Shown piece by piece: positions 1-9,396 of a stretch of DNA of 64,000 bases (the first letter of the stretch is position 1; every line of letters starts with the position of its first letter). The stretch lies in contig JBDOIF010000058.1 of the NCBI GenBank assembly GCA_041082215.1, positions 1,406-65,405 on the forward strand, written 5' to 3'. This DNA is from Anaerolineae bacterium (lineage in GTDB: Bacteria > Chloroflexota > Anaerolineae > B4-G1 > DUEL01). The notes below the pieces were generated by a model. It worked only from the letters and a program-made list of their open reading frames with translations, did no database searches and was not told the origin of the DNA. A program made the position numbers and the translations under genes.

Positions 1-2
1 TG

Positions 3-1430
3 GTGACTCCCTTCACGAAGGATGGGGCGTTCGACGAGGCTGCCTACCGGGCGCTCATTCGCTATGTCCTGCCCCACGTGAACGGGGTGGTCCCCTGCGG
101 GACCACAGGCGAGTTTTCTTATATGAGCATCGAGGAACGCAAGCGGGTCATCGGGGTCTGCCTGGATGAGGTGGGGGGACGGGTGCCGGTGGTGGCCGGG
201 ACCGGCTGCCCCTCCACCCGCGACACGCTGGCCCTCACCGAGTGGGCCCGCGACGCCGGGGCGACCGGCGTGCTGGTCGTCGCCCCCTACTATCTCAAAC
301 CCTCTTTCAACGAGGTGTATGACCACTACCGGGCGCTGGACGGGCTGGGCGTCCCCCTGGTCCTTTATAACATCCCCCAGTGTGCCGGCACCCACTTCCG
401 CTGGTGGACGGCCGAGGGGATGCTCCTCGATTTCGACAACGTGGTGGGCATCAAGGACTCCTCCGGCGACCTGCCTTTTATGGAGGCCCTCTTCGAAAAG
501 GTCAAGGGCCGGGTGGGGATCTTCGTCGGCCACGACGAGGTGGTGCAGGCGGCGCTGGCCGCTGGCGCCGACGGGGCGATTCTGGCCTCGGCCAATCTGA
601 TCCCCGACATCTGGCAGATGGTCTATCGGGCCACCCTGGAGAGGGACCTGGAGACGGCGCAGATGTGGCAGCAGAAGGTGCAGAAGCTGGTGCGCATCGT
701 CGTACAGTGCAGCTCCACCCAGGCGGTCAAGGAAGGGTTGCGGATGATGGGGCTGCTGGTGGGCGACTCCCGCCATCCGATCATGCCCGGCGGCGGCTTC
801 CGGCGGGAGGACTACGAGGAGATGCGGCTCCAGCTTGAGGACCTGGGCAAGCTCCGGGATGCGGAGGTAGTGTACGACCTGGGAAGCAGGCAGGTGCACA
901 CCTGCGTCCCCGCCACGCCGGATACCCCGTCCGTGGTGGCTGGCTGGACCCTGCGGGTGGGCGAGGGGTTCGCCGGGCCGCCCTTCCAGGAAATTGCCCA
1001 CGTGGACCTGTTGCTGGGCCGCCGGGACGGGCCGGTGGGCCGCGCGGTGGAGCGGGCGCTGGCCGGTTGGGGCCAGGAGCGGGGGCTGAAGGTGATCTGC
1101 GAGCGCCCGTTGACGTTATTGGTCCCCACGGTGACCATCCGCACCGCCAGGCAGCGCCGCCTCTTTTACGAACACGCCGCGGAGGGGATCAGCCTGGCGG
1201 TCCGCAAGAACGTCGAGAGCGGCTACCTGCCGGAGGAGGCGCTGGACGAGCTGGTGCTGATCGTTAACGCCTTCGTCCATCCGGCGGCCTCCATCGCCAA
1301 ACGGGTGGCCCTCAACAACTACAAGGCGATGATGCAGGCGGTGCGCAAGGCCATCGAGGGGCGGCCCACCCTGGCGCAACTCTTCAACGAGAAGGCCGCC
1401 GCCCGCCATCCGTTCCGGTACGCGCCGTAG
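3..1430 (+). CDS. Class I aldolase (DapA / N-acetylneuraminate lyase family) fused to a C-terminal Fae-like (formaldehyde-activating enzyme) domain. The 5' end is cut off by the window edge.
   Basis: N-terminal half carries DapA-family motifs (GTTGEF, YNIPQCAG). C-terminal about 170 aa aligns with Fae: EIAHVDLLLGRRDGP..., LTLLVPTVTI, ELVLIVNAFVHP, NNYKAMMQAVRKAI, ARHPF. The ORF runs from the window edge with no start codon. Confidence 0.7.
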   Translation: MTPFTKDGAFDEAAYRALIRYVLPHVNGVVPCGTTGEFSYMSIEERKRVIGVCLDEVGGRVPVVAGTGCPSTRDTLALTEWARDAGATGVLVVAPYYLKPSFNEVYDHYRALDGLGVPLVLYNIPQCAGTHFRWWTAEGMLLDFDNVVGIKDSSGDLPFMEALFEKVKGRVGIFVGHDEVVQAALAAGADGAILASANLIPDIWQMVYRATLERDLETAQMWQQKVQKLVRIVVQCSSTQAVKEGLRMMGLLVGDSRHPIMPGGGFRREDYEEMRLQLEDLGKLRDAEVVYDLGSRQVHTCVPATPDTPSVVAGWTLRVGEGFAGPPFQEIAHVDLLLGRRDGPVGRAVERALAGWGQERGLKVICERPLTLLVPTVTIRTARQRRLFYEHAAEGISLAVRKNVESGYLPEEALDELVLIVNAFVHPAASIAKRVALNNYKAMMQAVRKAIEGRPTLAQLFNEKAAARHPFRYAP

Positions 1431-1440
1431 GGGTGCCGTA

Positions 1441-1463
1441 GGGGCGCAGCGCCGCTGCGCCCC
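1441..1463. terminator. GC-rich perfect hairpin between convergent genes; likely a bidirectional intrinsic terminator.
   Basis: ggggcgcagcg-c-cgctgcgcccc (11-bp perfect stem) lies between the stop at 1428-1430 (+) and the stop at 1478-1480 (-). It is followed by gttgttt on the + strand. Confidence 0.45.
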
Positions 1464-1477
1464 CACCGTTGTTTCCC

Positions 1478-2188
1478 CTAGGGTTGCGGTGAGACCGACC
1501 CGGCGATCCGGACGAGGGTTTCCACAGTGATCTGAGGAGAGCCGGAGGCGAATTCATACACCACTTCTCTGGATCTCCAGTAAAGGACGGGCCATGCCCT
1601 GGGTTCCCATTGATGGTTAATCCACTTCCCGTAGACCACTGCGGCCGGCTGGCCGTTTACCTTCACCTCCTCGACGACGGCGTCGGGAGGGATCACCGGC
1701 CCCTGCCCTTCTTGGGCCGGGCAAAAGATGAACATCGTCAGAGGAGTCTCGCCGTAGGCGTTGCTCCACATAAGGATCGCCGTGGCGGCTTCGTCGGTGT
1801 AGCGGTCCACCTGCACCGACCGCAACTCCAGCCCTTCCGGCAGCCATTCCGGGAGCGCCAGTTCGCAGGGGAACGCAGCCCGCGCCTCCTCCAGGCTGAC
1901 CGGCGGGATGAGCCGGATTTCGGGCTTTGTCGGACGGGGCAGGCTTTCGGCTTCATAGAACCAGATGCCGCCGATGATGCGGATGCCCTGAGCGACCGCT
2001 TCCCGGACGGAGGGGAAGCACAGAAGGGCAAGGGCGAAAACCACAGCAAGGCCGGTCAGGCCCAGGGCGACCCGCCGGCGCAGTGGGGGTCTCTTCGGCT
2101 CCTGGCGGATCCGCTCGTACAGCGCCTCGGCGAACTCCGGCCGCGGCGGCTGGCGAAGCCGGTACAGGAATTCATCACTCATCGGCAA
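1478..2188 (-). CDS. Membrane-anchored anti-sigma factor (single transmembrane segment; extracytoplasmic DUF4367-like domain).
   Basis: Overlaps the 3' end of the ECF sigma gene by 14 nt (translational coupling). Has a short cytoplasmic N-terminus, one hydrophobic segment (LGLTGLAVVFALALLCF) and a C-terminal extracytoplasmic domain. Confidence 0.5.
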   Translation of the reverse strand: MPMSDEFLYRLRQPPRPEFAEALYERIRQEPKRPPLRRRVALGLTGLAVVFALALLCFPSVREAVAQGIRIIGGIWFYEAESLPRPTKPEIRLIPPVSLEEARAAFPCELALPEWLPEGLELRSVQVDRYTDEAATAILMWSNAYGETPLTMFIFCPAQEGQGPVIPPDAVVEEVKVNGQPAAVVYGKWINHQWEPRAWPVLYWRSREVVYEFASGSPQITVETLVRIAGSVSPQP

Positions 2189-2717
2189 CCTCCTCCCATT
2201 CGGAGCGCAGTCTGCAGACCACGCGGTACAGGATGGTCCCCACGTTGGACTCGCTCAGGCCGGTCAGCCGTGCGATGGCCCGGTTGGTCAGCCCCGCGCC
2301 GTACTTGAGGGCGATCAACTCCTGCTCGCGGGCGGGCAGCCGGGCGATGAGCGATCGGAGGCGACCGGCGTCGTTCCCCCGTTGAACCACCTCTTCGACC
2401 GAGCAGGGGTCAGGCATGCCAGATAGCTCCTCCAGCGGGACCTCCTGAGAGTGGCAGCGGAAGTGGTCTATGGCTACGTTGCGGGCGATGGTGAACAGCC
2501 AGGTGGAGAAAGCCCCCCGGTCATTTCGAAACCGCTTCCGGCTGCGCCACGCCTTCTCGAAGGTCGCCGCTGTAAGGTCCTCCGCCACCGGCCCATCCCC
2601 CACCCGGTAACGAAAGAAGTTGTACACACGGGGCAGCAGGTCGGCATATGCGGCTTCCCAGTCTACTGCCTCGGGTCGGGCATCTTTGTGGATGGACTGG
2701 CCTGTTCTTTTATTCAT
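2175..2717 (-). CDS. ECF-type RNA polymerase sigma-70 factor (sigma-24 family).
   Basis: Region 2 (FEKAWRSRKRFRNDRGAFSTWLFTIARNVAIDHFR) and region 4 helix-turn-helix (LIALKYGAGLTNRAIARLTGLSESNVGTILYR) motifs; about 180 aa. Confidence 0.85.
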   Translation of the reverse strand: MNKRTGQSIHKDARPEAVDWEAAYADLLPRVYNFFRYRVGDGPVAEDLTAATFEKAWRSRKRFRNDRGAFSTWLFTIARNVAIDHFRCHSQEVPLEELSGMPDPCSVEEVVQRGNDAGRLRSLIARLPAREQELIALKYGAGLTNRAIARLTGLSESNVGTILYRVVCRLRSEWEEVADE

Positions 2718-2725
2718 CCCATAGA

Positions 2726-2760
2726 ATTATACGGGAAAGAAGGAGAAGTGTCACAGGGGG
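2726..2760 (-). promoter_or_regulatory. Putative sigma70-like promoter for the ECF sigma gene, giving a near-leaderless transcript.
   Basis: On the minus strand: GTGACA - 17 nt - TATAAT, with the -10 element ending only 8 nt before the ATG at 2715-2717. Confidence 0.3.
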
Positions 2761-2965
2761 CGTATTTCAATTTCGGGGCGGGTGGTCCTCTCGCCCGCCG
2801 GTGGATCGCGAATCCCACGAATGGCCCGAATACAGCGAACAGGAGAGATCCCTCCCCCATTTGCCGTATTCGTTTCCATTCGCGCCATTCGTGTTTCCCC
2901 AGGTCCGGCCCGGGCCAGGGACATCTCGCCCCCAGACTGAAATACACCTCCCACCCGATGACTCG

Positions 2966-2993
2966 TTGCATCCTGGCCGGGCGATGGTATAAT
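2966..2993 (+). promoter_or_regulatory. Putative sigma70 promoter of the tat operon.
   Basis: TTGCAT (2966-2971) - 16 nt - TGGTATAAT (extended -10; TATAAT at 2988-2993), about 35 nt upstream of the tatA ATG. Confidence 0.45.
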
Positions 2994-3026
2994 AACAGGC
3001 GGCGAATCCAGGATCAGAGGTGAAGG

Positions 3027-3215
3027 ATGAAGTTCGGTAACTTCGGCATCGGGGAGCTTTTGATCATCCTGGCCATCGTTGTCCTCCTTTTCGGAGTCGG
3101 CCGGTTGGGGAAGATCGGGGCCGAGCTGGGGAAGGGGATCCGGAACTTCCGGCAGGCTCTTTCCGGGGAAGAGCGGCAGGAGGAGAGGGGGGAGTCGGAA
3201 CCAGCCAAGGACTAG
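3027..3215 (+). CDS. tatA: Twin-arginine translocase TatA/E-family protein.
   Basis: 62 aa with an N-terminal transmembrane helix and amphipathic helix: FGNFGIGELLIILAIVVLLFG...GKGIRNFRQA. Confidence 0.9.
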   Translation: MKFGNFGIGELLIILAIVVLLFGVGRLGKIGAELGKGIRNFRQALSGEERQEERGESEPAKD

Positions 3216-3245
3216 GCCCGGCGCTGGCTTGCTGAGATTGTCCTG

Positions 3246-3611
3246 ATGGAATTCTTCAACATCGGCACGGGCGAGCTCGTCTTTCTTGTCCTGCTCGCCA
3301 TTCTGCTGGTCGGCCCCAAGCGGGCGGTGGAGCTGGTGCAGCAGGGAGGGCGTCTGATGGCCCGGCTGCGCCGGGAGTGGATGGCCGTCCAGCGGGACGT
3401 GCTCTCAGAGGTCCAGGCGCTCAAGGAGGAGACGCTGGGAGCGGTTGAGCCATCGCTGCGGGAAGACCTGAGACGGGTGGCAGAAGAGACGAAAGCGCTC
3501 GAGAAAGAGGTACAGGCGATCGGAAGGCCAGCCGGGTCTCAGGCCCCGCGCGGGAAGGGCGAAGCTCCTCTCCCCCAGCCGGTGGGGCCGGGTGAAGACA
3601 TGGCGGGATGA
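3246..3611 (+). CDS. tatB: Twin-arginine translocase TatB-like protein (TatA/B family).
   Basis: FNIGTGELVFLVLLAILLVGPKR..GGRLMARLRRE start followed by a longer charged, coiled C-terminal tail (121 aa). Sits between tatA and tatC. Confidence 0.7.
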   Translation: MEFFNIGTGELVFLVLLAILLVGPKRAVELVQQGGRLMARLRREWMAVQRDVLSEVQALKEETLGAVEPSLREDLRRVAEETKALEKEVQAIGRPAGSQAPRGKGEAPLPQPVGPGEDMAG

Positions 3612-4333
3612 GCGAAGAGGCCGGCCAGTCCATATTGGAACACATCGAAGAGCTCCGTCGGCGGTTGTTCCGGGCGCTGCTGGCCCTGGCGGTAGGGGTG
3701 TTGATCAGTGCTCTTTTTGCCCAGCAGCTTCTGGAGTGGCTGGCCCGCCCCGTCGGCGGCCTGGAGAACCTGGAGGCCATCGAGGTTACGGAGAACGTCG
3801 GCGTCTTCATGCAGGTGACCCTTCTGGCCGGTGTCACCCTGGCGATGCCGGTGATCCTATACCAGCTCTGGCGGTTTATCTCCCCGGGCCTTTTCCCCCA
3901 CGAGCGCCGTTACGTTTATCTTCTGGCCCCTCTGGCAACCTTCCTTTTCGTCGGCGGAGCCGCTTTTGCCTATTTCGTTATGCTCCCGACAGCCATCCCT
4001 TTCCTGCTCGGCTTTGTCTCCATCCCTACCCGACCCCGTCCGGCCAACTATATTTCCTTTATCACTAACCTGATGTTCTGGATAGGCCTCAGTTTTGAGA
4101 CCCCTCTGGTGATCTTCTTTCTGGCGAAGGCGCGGGTGGTGGACTACCGGACGTTGCTCAAGAACTGGCGGGTGGCCCTTTTTCTGATCGCTGTGCTGGC
4201 AGCGGTGGTGACTCCCACGCCCGATCCGGTCAATATGGCGCTGGTGATGTTGCCCCTGATCCTGCTGTATGGCCTGAGCATCCTCCTGGCCCGCGTCGCC
4301 TATCGGCCGCAGAGGGACCTGGAGAGTTCCTGA
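3608..4333 (+). CDS. tatC: Twin-arginine translocase subunit TatC.
   Basis: HIEELRRRL motif and six predicted transmembrane segments; start overlaps the tatB stop (ATGA). Confidence 0.9.
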   Translation: MSEEAGQSILEHIEELRRRLFRALLALAVGVLISALFAQQLLEWLARPVGGLENLEAIEVTENVGVFMQVTLLAGVTLAMPVILYQLWRFISPGLFPHERRYVYLLAPLATFLFVGGAAFAYFVMLPTAIPFLLGFVSIPTRPRPANYISFITNLMFWIGLSFETPLVIFFLAKARVVDYRTLLKNWRVALFLIAVLAAVVTPTPDPVNMALVMLPLILLYGLSILLARVAYRPQRDLESS

Positions 4334-4378
4334 GTTTTCCTCATTTTTCCCCCGCTCAGAATAAGCCCGCAGCACGTA

Positions 4379-4420
4379 GCGCCGGATCCAATCCGGCGCT
4401 GTGTTTTAGGAATTTTTTAA
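4379..4420 (+). terminator. Rho-independent terminator of the tat operon.
   Basis: gcgccggat-cca-atccggcgc (9-bp stem) followed by tgtgttttaggaatttttt. Confidence 0.65.
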
Positions 4421-4424
4421 TGAT

Positions 4425-4805
4425 TCTCTAGAAATTGTTTCACTGTCAGGGGTTATACTCATTATTGTGGACTTAGGGGGGTGCAGAGGGCTAGCCACGG
4501 AGGAGAAGGGAGTCTGAGGCATCATTTGTTCTGCCCCTGTTAGTTGACTGTTTCTCAGCTTTTTCCGTACACCTCTCCTCTTCTGCGTTGTAAGAGAGTC
4601 CCGCCTGGGTGGTTGCATTGTCGGGCGGTGATCGGGCGGGCCGTCTCGCTCCGACCGGATCCTCCTGGGTTAGCGGTTGTTTTGGAGAGCCCGACGAGCA
4701 CTGGGGCTGAGGCCATTTCTGGGGCGCTCCAAACGTCTGGCCCCTCATAGCAAGTATGTGCTTCTCCCGGATTGTGGACCGGTGGAGTGAAGGGAGGGTA
4801 ATCAG
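4425..4805 (+). promoter_or_regulatory. AT-rich putative promoter (-10 TATACT at 4454-4459) and a leader of about 340 nt before the first gene of the glycan locus.
   Basis: Local drop in GC, TATACT hexamer, then no convincing ORF until the ATG at 4806. The leader contains a complementary pair (gttttggagagc / gcgctccaaac). Confidence 0.3.
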
Positions 4806-5525
4806 ATGGCTTCGGAAGCCACGAAACCGTGGGGAATGGTGGGGTATGTGTCCCTCGTGGACAGGGGCCGGGGCCGGCTGGGCTACAGGTTCCTCAAGCG
4901 GGCACTTGACGTGGAGGTGGCCTTGTCCTTGCTTTTCCTGCTGGCCCCTCTTATGGCCCTGATCGCGGTCCTCATCCGGCTGGAGTCCCCCGGCCCCGTG
5001 ATCCTGGTGCAGAAGCGAGTGGGGAAGGGGGGACGGGTGTTCGACTTCTATAAGTTCCGTTCGATGCGCCACGAGGGTGACGGGGGAGAACACCGAACCT
5101 ACATAAGAAGATATATCAATGGCCCCCTGGAGGGGGAGGAGCCTGCCTGGATGGAGGGAAGGGTGAGCCGGCCGTTCAAGCCCAGCGCGGCGGGCAAGGT
5201 CACCCGGGTGGGGAGGTTCCTCCGCAAGACCAGCCTGGATGAGCTCCCTCAACTTTTCAATGTGTTGAAGGGGGATATGAGCCTGGTAGGTCCTCGCCCC
5301 CCTATGGCGTATGAAGTGGAGGAATATAAACCCTGGCACTGGCGGCGTTTCGAGGTTCTGCCGGGGATAACGGGATTGGCTCAGATCAACGGGAGGAGTA
5401 AGCTGACCTTTCCTGAGATCATTCGCTGGGACTTTAAATACATCGAGCATTGTTCATTTCTCCTAGATCTGATGATCCTGTTGCGCACAATCCCTATGGT
5501 GCTGACGGGACAGGGGGCGGGCTAG
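4806..5525 (+). CDS. Polyprenyl-phosphate sugar-phosphotransferase (bacterial sugar transferase, WbaP/PglC/WsaP-like small type). This is the enzyme that initiates the glycan on the lipid carrier.
   Basis: N-terminal transmembrane hairpin (VALSLLFLLAPLMALIAVLIRL), PGPVILVQKRVGKGGRVFDFYKFRSM and DELPQLFNVLKGDMSLVGPRP motifs. Confidence 0.85.
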   Translation: MASEATKPWGMVGYVSLVDRGRGRLGYRFLKRALDVEVALSLLFLLAPLMALIAVLIRLESPGPVILVQKRVGKGGRVFDFYKFRSMRHEGDGGEHRTYIRRYINGPLEGEEPAWMEGRVSRPFKPSAAGKVTRVGRFLRKTSLDELPQLFNVLKGDMSLVGPRPPMAYEVEEYKPWHWRRFEVLPGITGLAQINGRSKLTFPEIIRWDFKYIEHCSFLLDLMILLRTIPMVLTGQGAG

Positions 5526-5537
5526 CGGAGGGAGTAC

Positions 5538-6989
5538 GTGAGGGTTTGTCTGGTTGTGCCGCCATGGCGCTACCTGACGACAGAGGCCCCTCCGCTGGGC
5601 GTGGCGTACATCGCAGCCGCGCTCGAACAGGAGGGGCATACTGTACAGGTAGTGGATTGGAGCCAGGAGCCGCTCCCCTCCCTATCGGGAATGCTGGGGG
5701 AGGGGCGGATGACCGCTCTCTCTGCCATACGCCCCGACATGGTGGGCCTGAGCGTGATGAGCGGCAACTGGCTCAGCGGCAGGATGATCCTCCGATGGGT
5801 AAAGGAGAATCTGGGGTGCTGGATTGTAGTCGGTGGCCCGCACGCCACGGCGCTTCCTGAGTCCGTCCTGCAGGCAGGGGCCGACTTCGTGGTCCGGGGG
5901 GAGGGGGAAGAGACCGTCCTCGAGCTGGTCCGGGCTTTGGAGGAGGGAGGGAACGGCCTGGAGCGCATCGCGGGACTCTCCTTCCGGCGGGGGGAGCAGA
6001 TCGTCCATAACCCCCCTCGCCTGCCACAGGCCGATCTGGATAGCCTCCCCCTCCCAGGCTTTCATCTGTGGGACCTGGGACCGTACTCCGAAGGGGGTTC
6101 AGGGTGGGGGGTGATGCTGCCGTTGCTGGTCGGGCGAGGCGGAGAGGGCACATACCGACAGCGAAGCCCGGAGGGTGTGGCAGAGGAGATGGCCCTGCTG
6201 GCCCGGAATCACGGGCGGTATGTGGCGCACCTGATAGGAGATGTGCTGTTTGACGGGGGCCGCTGGCTGGAGGGGCTGGCACACCAGATGGCTGCCCGTT
6301 TGTTGAGGGTGGAATGGCGGTGCCAGGCTCCACTGGAGCACCTCACCCCGCGCCTGCTGGCCCGGATGCGCGAGGCGGGATGTCGGTGGGTGGACTGGCA
6401 TTGGGAGGGTAACGGGGAGGCGCTTTTCGCCAACTGGGAGACGGTGCAGAGAAACGTGCTGTGGATGACCAGTATGGACGTCTTCAGCATCGGCCATTTC
6501 CGGTTGGGCGGGGTGGGGGAACGGCCCGATCATATCCTGCGGATGGTGGAACGGATATCCGAACTGGAGCTGGATGCCGCGGAGTTCTCCTGGTTCATTC
6601 CCCACCCGGCAACTCCCGCATGGGAGCTTGTAAAGGACGGAGGGGGCGGGATGCTCTGGGAGGATTACTACGAAAGTGTCGGGAACCCGCGGGGATGTGC
6701 AACCAGCCTGAACGTCTCCAGGGCCTCTTCAGCAGAGGTGAGGCATCTCCTGCGCCGGGCGCGGTATCTGTTCATCGAGGCCAGGCGCCGGAGAAAGTAC
6801 CAGCTCTACTTCGGTAAGCAGATCGGCGAAGCCCTGTGGTGGGTTTCCAGACAGCCATGGATTCAGAGTCTGGGATGGGAGCTTGCCCACCGACGGATGG
6901 CCCGCGGGAACGGGGGAGGCGAGGAGGCGGAAAGGCCGACAGGCCCTCTCAAAGCGGCGTCGGGGGAAAGCCCCACTGCGGAAGGATAA
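5538..6989 (+). CDS. B12-binding-domain / radical-SAM-like protein that lacks the canonical CxxxCxxC cluster motif; probably a degenerate, non-radical-SAM form.
   Basis: The N-terminus resembles the B12-binding region of B12-radical-SAM enzymes (LVVPPW...[21 protein letters not shown]; [12 protein letters not shown]; [10 protein letters not shown]). Where the Cys triad is expected, the sequence reads [18 protein letters not shown], with no cysteines and a shortened segment. Confidence 0.5.
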   Translation: MRVCLVVPPWRYLTTEAPPLGVAYIAAALEQEGHTVQVVDWSQEPLPSLSGMLGEGRMTALSAIRPDMVGLSVMSGNWLSGRMILRWVKENLGCWIVVGGPHATALPESVLQAGADFVVRGEGEETVLELVRALEEGGNGLERIAGLSFRRGEQIVHNPPRLPQADLDSLPLPGFHLWDLGPYSEGGSGWGVMLPLLVGRGGEGTYRQRSPEGVAEEMALLARNHGRYVAHLIGDVLFDGGRWLEGLAHQMAARLLRVEWRCQAPLEHLTPRLLARMREAGCRWVDWHWEGNGEALFANWETVQRNVLWMTSMDVFSIGHFRLGGVGERPDHILRMVERISELELDAAEFSWFIPHPATPAWELVKDGGGGMLWEDYYESVGNPRGCATSLNVSRASSAEVRHLLRRARYLFIEARRRRKYQLYFGKQIGEALWWVSRQPWIQSLGWELAHRRMARGNGGGEEAERPTGPLKAASGESPTAEG

Positions 6990-7003
6990 CAGGAAGGTCG
7001 AAG

Positions 7004-7780
7004 GTGAAGGTCGTCATTCTGGCCGGAGGATATGGGACCCGCCTCAGCGAAGAGACGGGGGTGAAGCCTAAACCGATGGTCGAGATCGGCGAACGGCCCA
7101 TCCTGTGGCATATCATGAAAATCTACTCGACCTATGGCATCAACGACTTCATCATCTGCTGCGGCTACAAGGGGCATGTGATCAAACAGTATTTTGCCTC
7201 CTACTTCCTGTACATGTGCGACGTCACTTTCGACCTGCGGAACAACCGGATGGAGATCCACCAGAACGATGTCGAACCGTGGCGGGTGACGCTGGTGGAT
7301 ACAGGGGAGAAGACGATGACCGGCGGGCGGCTCAAGCGGGTCCGGGAATACGTTGGGGATGAGACCTTCTGCTTCACCTACGGCGACGGGTTAAGCGATG
7401 TGGACATTGCGGACCTCATCGCCTTCCACCGCCAGCAGGGGGTGCTGGCCACGATGACCGCCGTCCAGCCGCCGGGCCGGTTCGGGACCTTCAGGCTGGA
7501 GGAGGGGCAGACGAAGGTCACTCAGTTTCGGGAAAAGCCTCAGGGGGACGGGGCCTGGGTCAACGGCGGCTTCTTCGTCCTGGAACCGGGGGCCATTGAC
7601 TATGTGGACGGGGATGATACCGTCTGGGAGCGGGAGCCGCTCCAGCGGCTGGCCCGGGACGGCCAACTGGCCGCCTACCGGCACTACGGCTTCTGGCATC
7701 CGATGGACACCCTGCGGGATAAGATGGTGCTGGAGGAGCTGTGGACCTCCGCCAACCCGCCCTGGAAGGTCTGGAAATGA
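7004..7780 (+). CDS. rfbF: Glucose-1-phosphate cytidylyltransferase.
   Basis: GTG start after aggaagg. [38 protein letters not shown]; about 258 aa, typical of RfbF/DdhA. Confidence 0.85.
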   Translation: MKVVILAGGYGTRLSEETGVKPKPMVEIGERPILWHIMKIYSTYGINDFIICCGYKGHVIKQYFASYFLYMCDVTFDLRNNRMEIHQNDVEPWRVTLVDTGEKTMTGGRLKRVREYVGDETFCFTYGDGLSDVDIADLIAFHRQQGVLATMTAVQPPGRFGTFRLEEGQTKVTQFREKPQGDGAWVNGGFFVLEPGAIDYVDGDDTVWEREPLQRLARDGQLAAYRHYGFWHPMDTLRDKMVLEELWTSANPPWKVWK

Positions 7781-8853
7781 ACCGGGATTTCTGGCGCGGC
7801 AAAAGGGTCCTTGTCACCGGCCACACCGGGTTCAAAGGAAGCTGGCTCTCTTTATGGTTGCAAAGGTTAGGGGCCAGGGTGGTCGGCTACGCCCTCTCCC
7901 CACCCACCCAGCCCAGCCTGTTCGAGATCGCCCACGTCGCCGACGGGATGACCTCCGTTCTGGGCGACATCCGCGACCTGACCTACCTTCGGGCGGTCCT
8001 GGCGGAGCACCGCCCCGAAATCGTGATCCATATGGCAGCCCAGCCGCTGGTTCGCTATTCCTACGAGCACCCGGTCGAGACCTACTCAGTCAACGTGATG
8101 GGGACGGTGAACCTGCTGGAGGCGGTGCGGCAAACGCCGGGGGTCCGGGCAGTGGTCTGCATCACCAGCGACAAGTGCTACGAAAACAGGGAGTGGGTGT
8201 GGGGGTATCGGGAAGAGGACCGGCTGGGCGGGCGGGACCCCTACTCCAGCAGCAAGGGATGCGCGGAGCTGGCCATCTCCGCCTACCGCCGCTCCTACTT
8301 TCCGCCGGAGCGGTACGGGGAGCACGGGGTGGCGCTGGCCAGCACCCGGGCGGGCAACGTGATCGGCGGCGGCGATTGGGCCAGGGACCGTCTGATCCCG
8401 GACATTATGAAAGCGTTGCTGGAAGACCGACCGGTGGTCATCCGCAACCCCCACGCCATCCGGCCCTGGCAGCACGTGCTGGAGCCGCTGAACGGCTACC
8501 TCTGCCTGGCGGAGCGGCTCTACACCGACGGGCCGCCGTTTGCCCAGGCGTGGAACTTCGGGCCGGATAGCGAGAACGCCAGAACGGTGGGCTGGATCGT
8601 CGAGTATCTGACCCGCAGGTGGGGCGAGGGCGCCCGCTGGGAGCTGGACGGGGCCGAGCATCCCCACGAGGACACCTACCTCAAGCTGGATAGCTCCAAG
8701 GCCCGCAGCCTGCTGGGATGGGCGCCCAGACTCCCCCTTGCCACCGCTCTGGAGTGGATTGTGGAATGGTATCAGGGGTATCGGCAGAAGGCGGATATGC
8801 GGGCGCTGACCGAAGCCCAGATCGAGCGGTTTGAGGCGATAGAGGTGGCATGA
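7777..8853 (+). CDS. rfbG: CDP-glucose 4,6-dehydratase.
   Basis: ATGA overlap with rfb[18 protein letters not shown] Rossmann motif and SDKCYEN catalytic YxxxK region; about 358 aa. Confidence 0.85.
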   Translation: MNRDFWRGKRVLVTGHTGFKGSWLSLWLQRLGARVVGYALSPPTQPSLFEIAHVADGMTSVLGDIRDLTYLRAVLAEHRPEIVIHMAAQPLVRYSYEHPVETYSVNVMGTVNLLEAVRQTPGVRAVVCITSDKCYENREWVWGYREEDRLGGRDPYSSSKGCAELAISAYRRSYFPPERYGEHGVALASTRAGNVIGGGDWARDRLIPDIMKALLEDRPVVIRNPHAIRPWQHVLEPLNGYLCLAERLYTDGPPFAQAWNFGPDSENARTVGWIVEYLTRRWGEGARWELDGAEHPHEDTYLKLDSSKARSLLGWAPRLPLATALEWIVEWYQGYRQKADMRALTEAQIERFEAIEVA

Positions 8854-9383
8854 TTTTTGAAGAGACCCGGTTAAAGGGAGCTTATATCGTCAGTCTCGAG
8901 CCGATCCAGGACAATCGGGGGTTCTTCGCCCGGGCCTGGTGCCAGAAAGAGTTCGCCGCCCACGGCCTGACCACCACCTTCGTCCAGGCGAACATCACCT
9001 ACAGCCCCAGGCGGGGTACCCTGCGCGGCCTGCACTATCAGATCGCGCCGCACGAGGAGATCAAGCTGGTGCGGTGTGTGCGGGGCGCCATCTTTGACGT
9101 CATCATTGACCTGCGGCCCGACTCGCCTACCTACCTGCAGTGGCTCAGCACCGAGCTGACGGCGGAGAACCGGAAGGCGATCTACATCCCCGGCGGTTTC
9201 GCCCACGGCTATCAGACCCTGGAAGACGACACCGAGGTCTTCTACCAGGTGGGGCAGTTCTACGCCCCTCAGTACGAGCGCGGCATCCGCTGGGACGACC
9301 CGACCTTCGGGATCAAGTGGCCCATCAACCATCCGGTCATCCTCTCGGAAAAAGACCAGCGGTGGCCGGATTTCGAGCCGTAG
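8850..9383 (+). CDS. RmlC-family cupin (dTDP/CDP-4-keto-6-deoxyhexose 3,5-epimerase-like).
   Basis: RGLHYQ, GFAHGYQTLEDDTEVFY motifs; 177 aa; lies directly downstream of the CDP-glucose dehydratase gene. Confidence 0.75.
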   Translation: MIFEETRLKGAYIVSLEPIQDNRGFFARAWCQKEFAAHGLTTTFVQANITYSPRRGTLRGLHYQIAPHEEIKLVRCVRGAIFDVIIDLRPDSPTYLQWLSTELTAENRKAIYIPGGFAHGYQTLEDDTEVFYQVGQFYAPQYERGIRWDDPTFGIKWPINHPVILSEKDQRWPDFEP

Positions 9384-9396
9384 GGCACGTCGAGCG

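Noticed and set aside
166-838. Overlapping alternative-frame ORFs (166-600, 380-838, 365-610).
   Set aside because: They lie inside the DapA-Fae coding frame, which has clear family motifs; their translations are Arg/Pro/Gly-rich artefacts.
4406-4750. Small ORFs in the tatC / sugar-transferase intergenic region (70 aa on the minus strand, 68 aa on the plus strand).
   Set aside because: No ribosome-binding site or start context, low-complexity products. The region is better explained as terminator plus promoter plus long leader.
5538-6989. Annotating this gene as a functional radical SAM enzyme.
   Set aside because: The CxxxCxxC motif is absent in the translated sequence; only the B12-binding-like part is recognisable.
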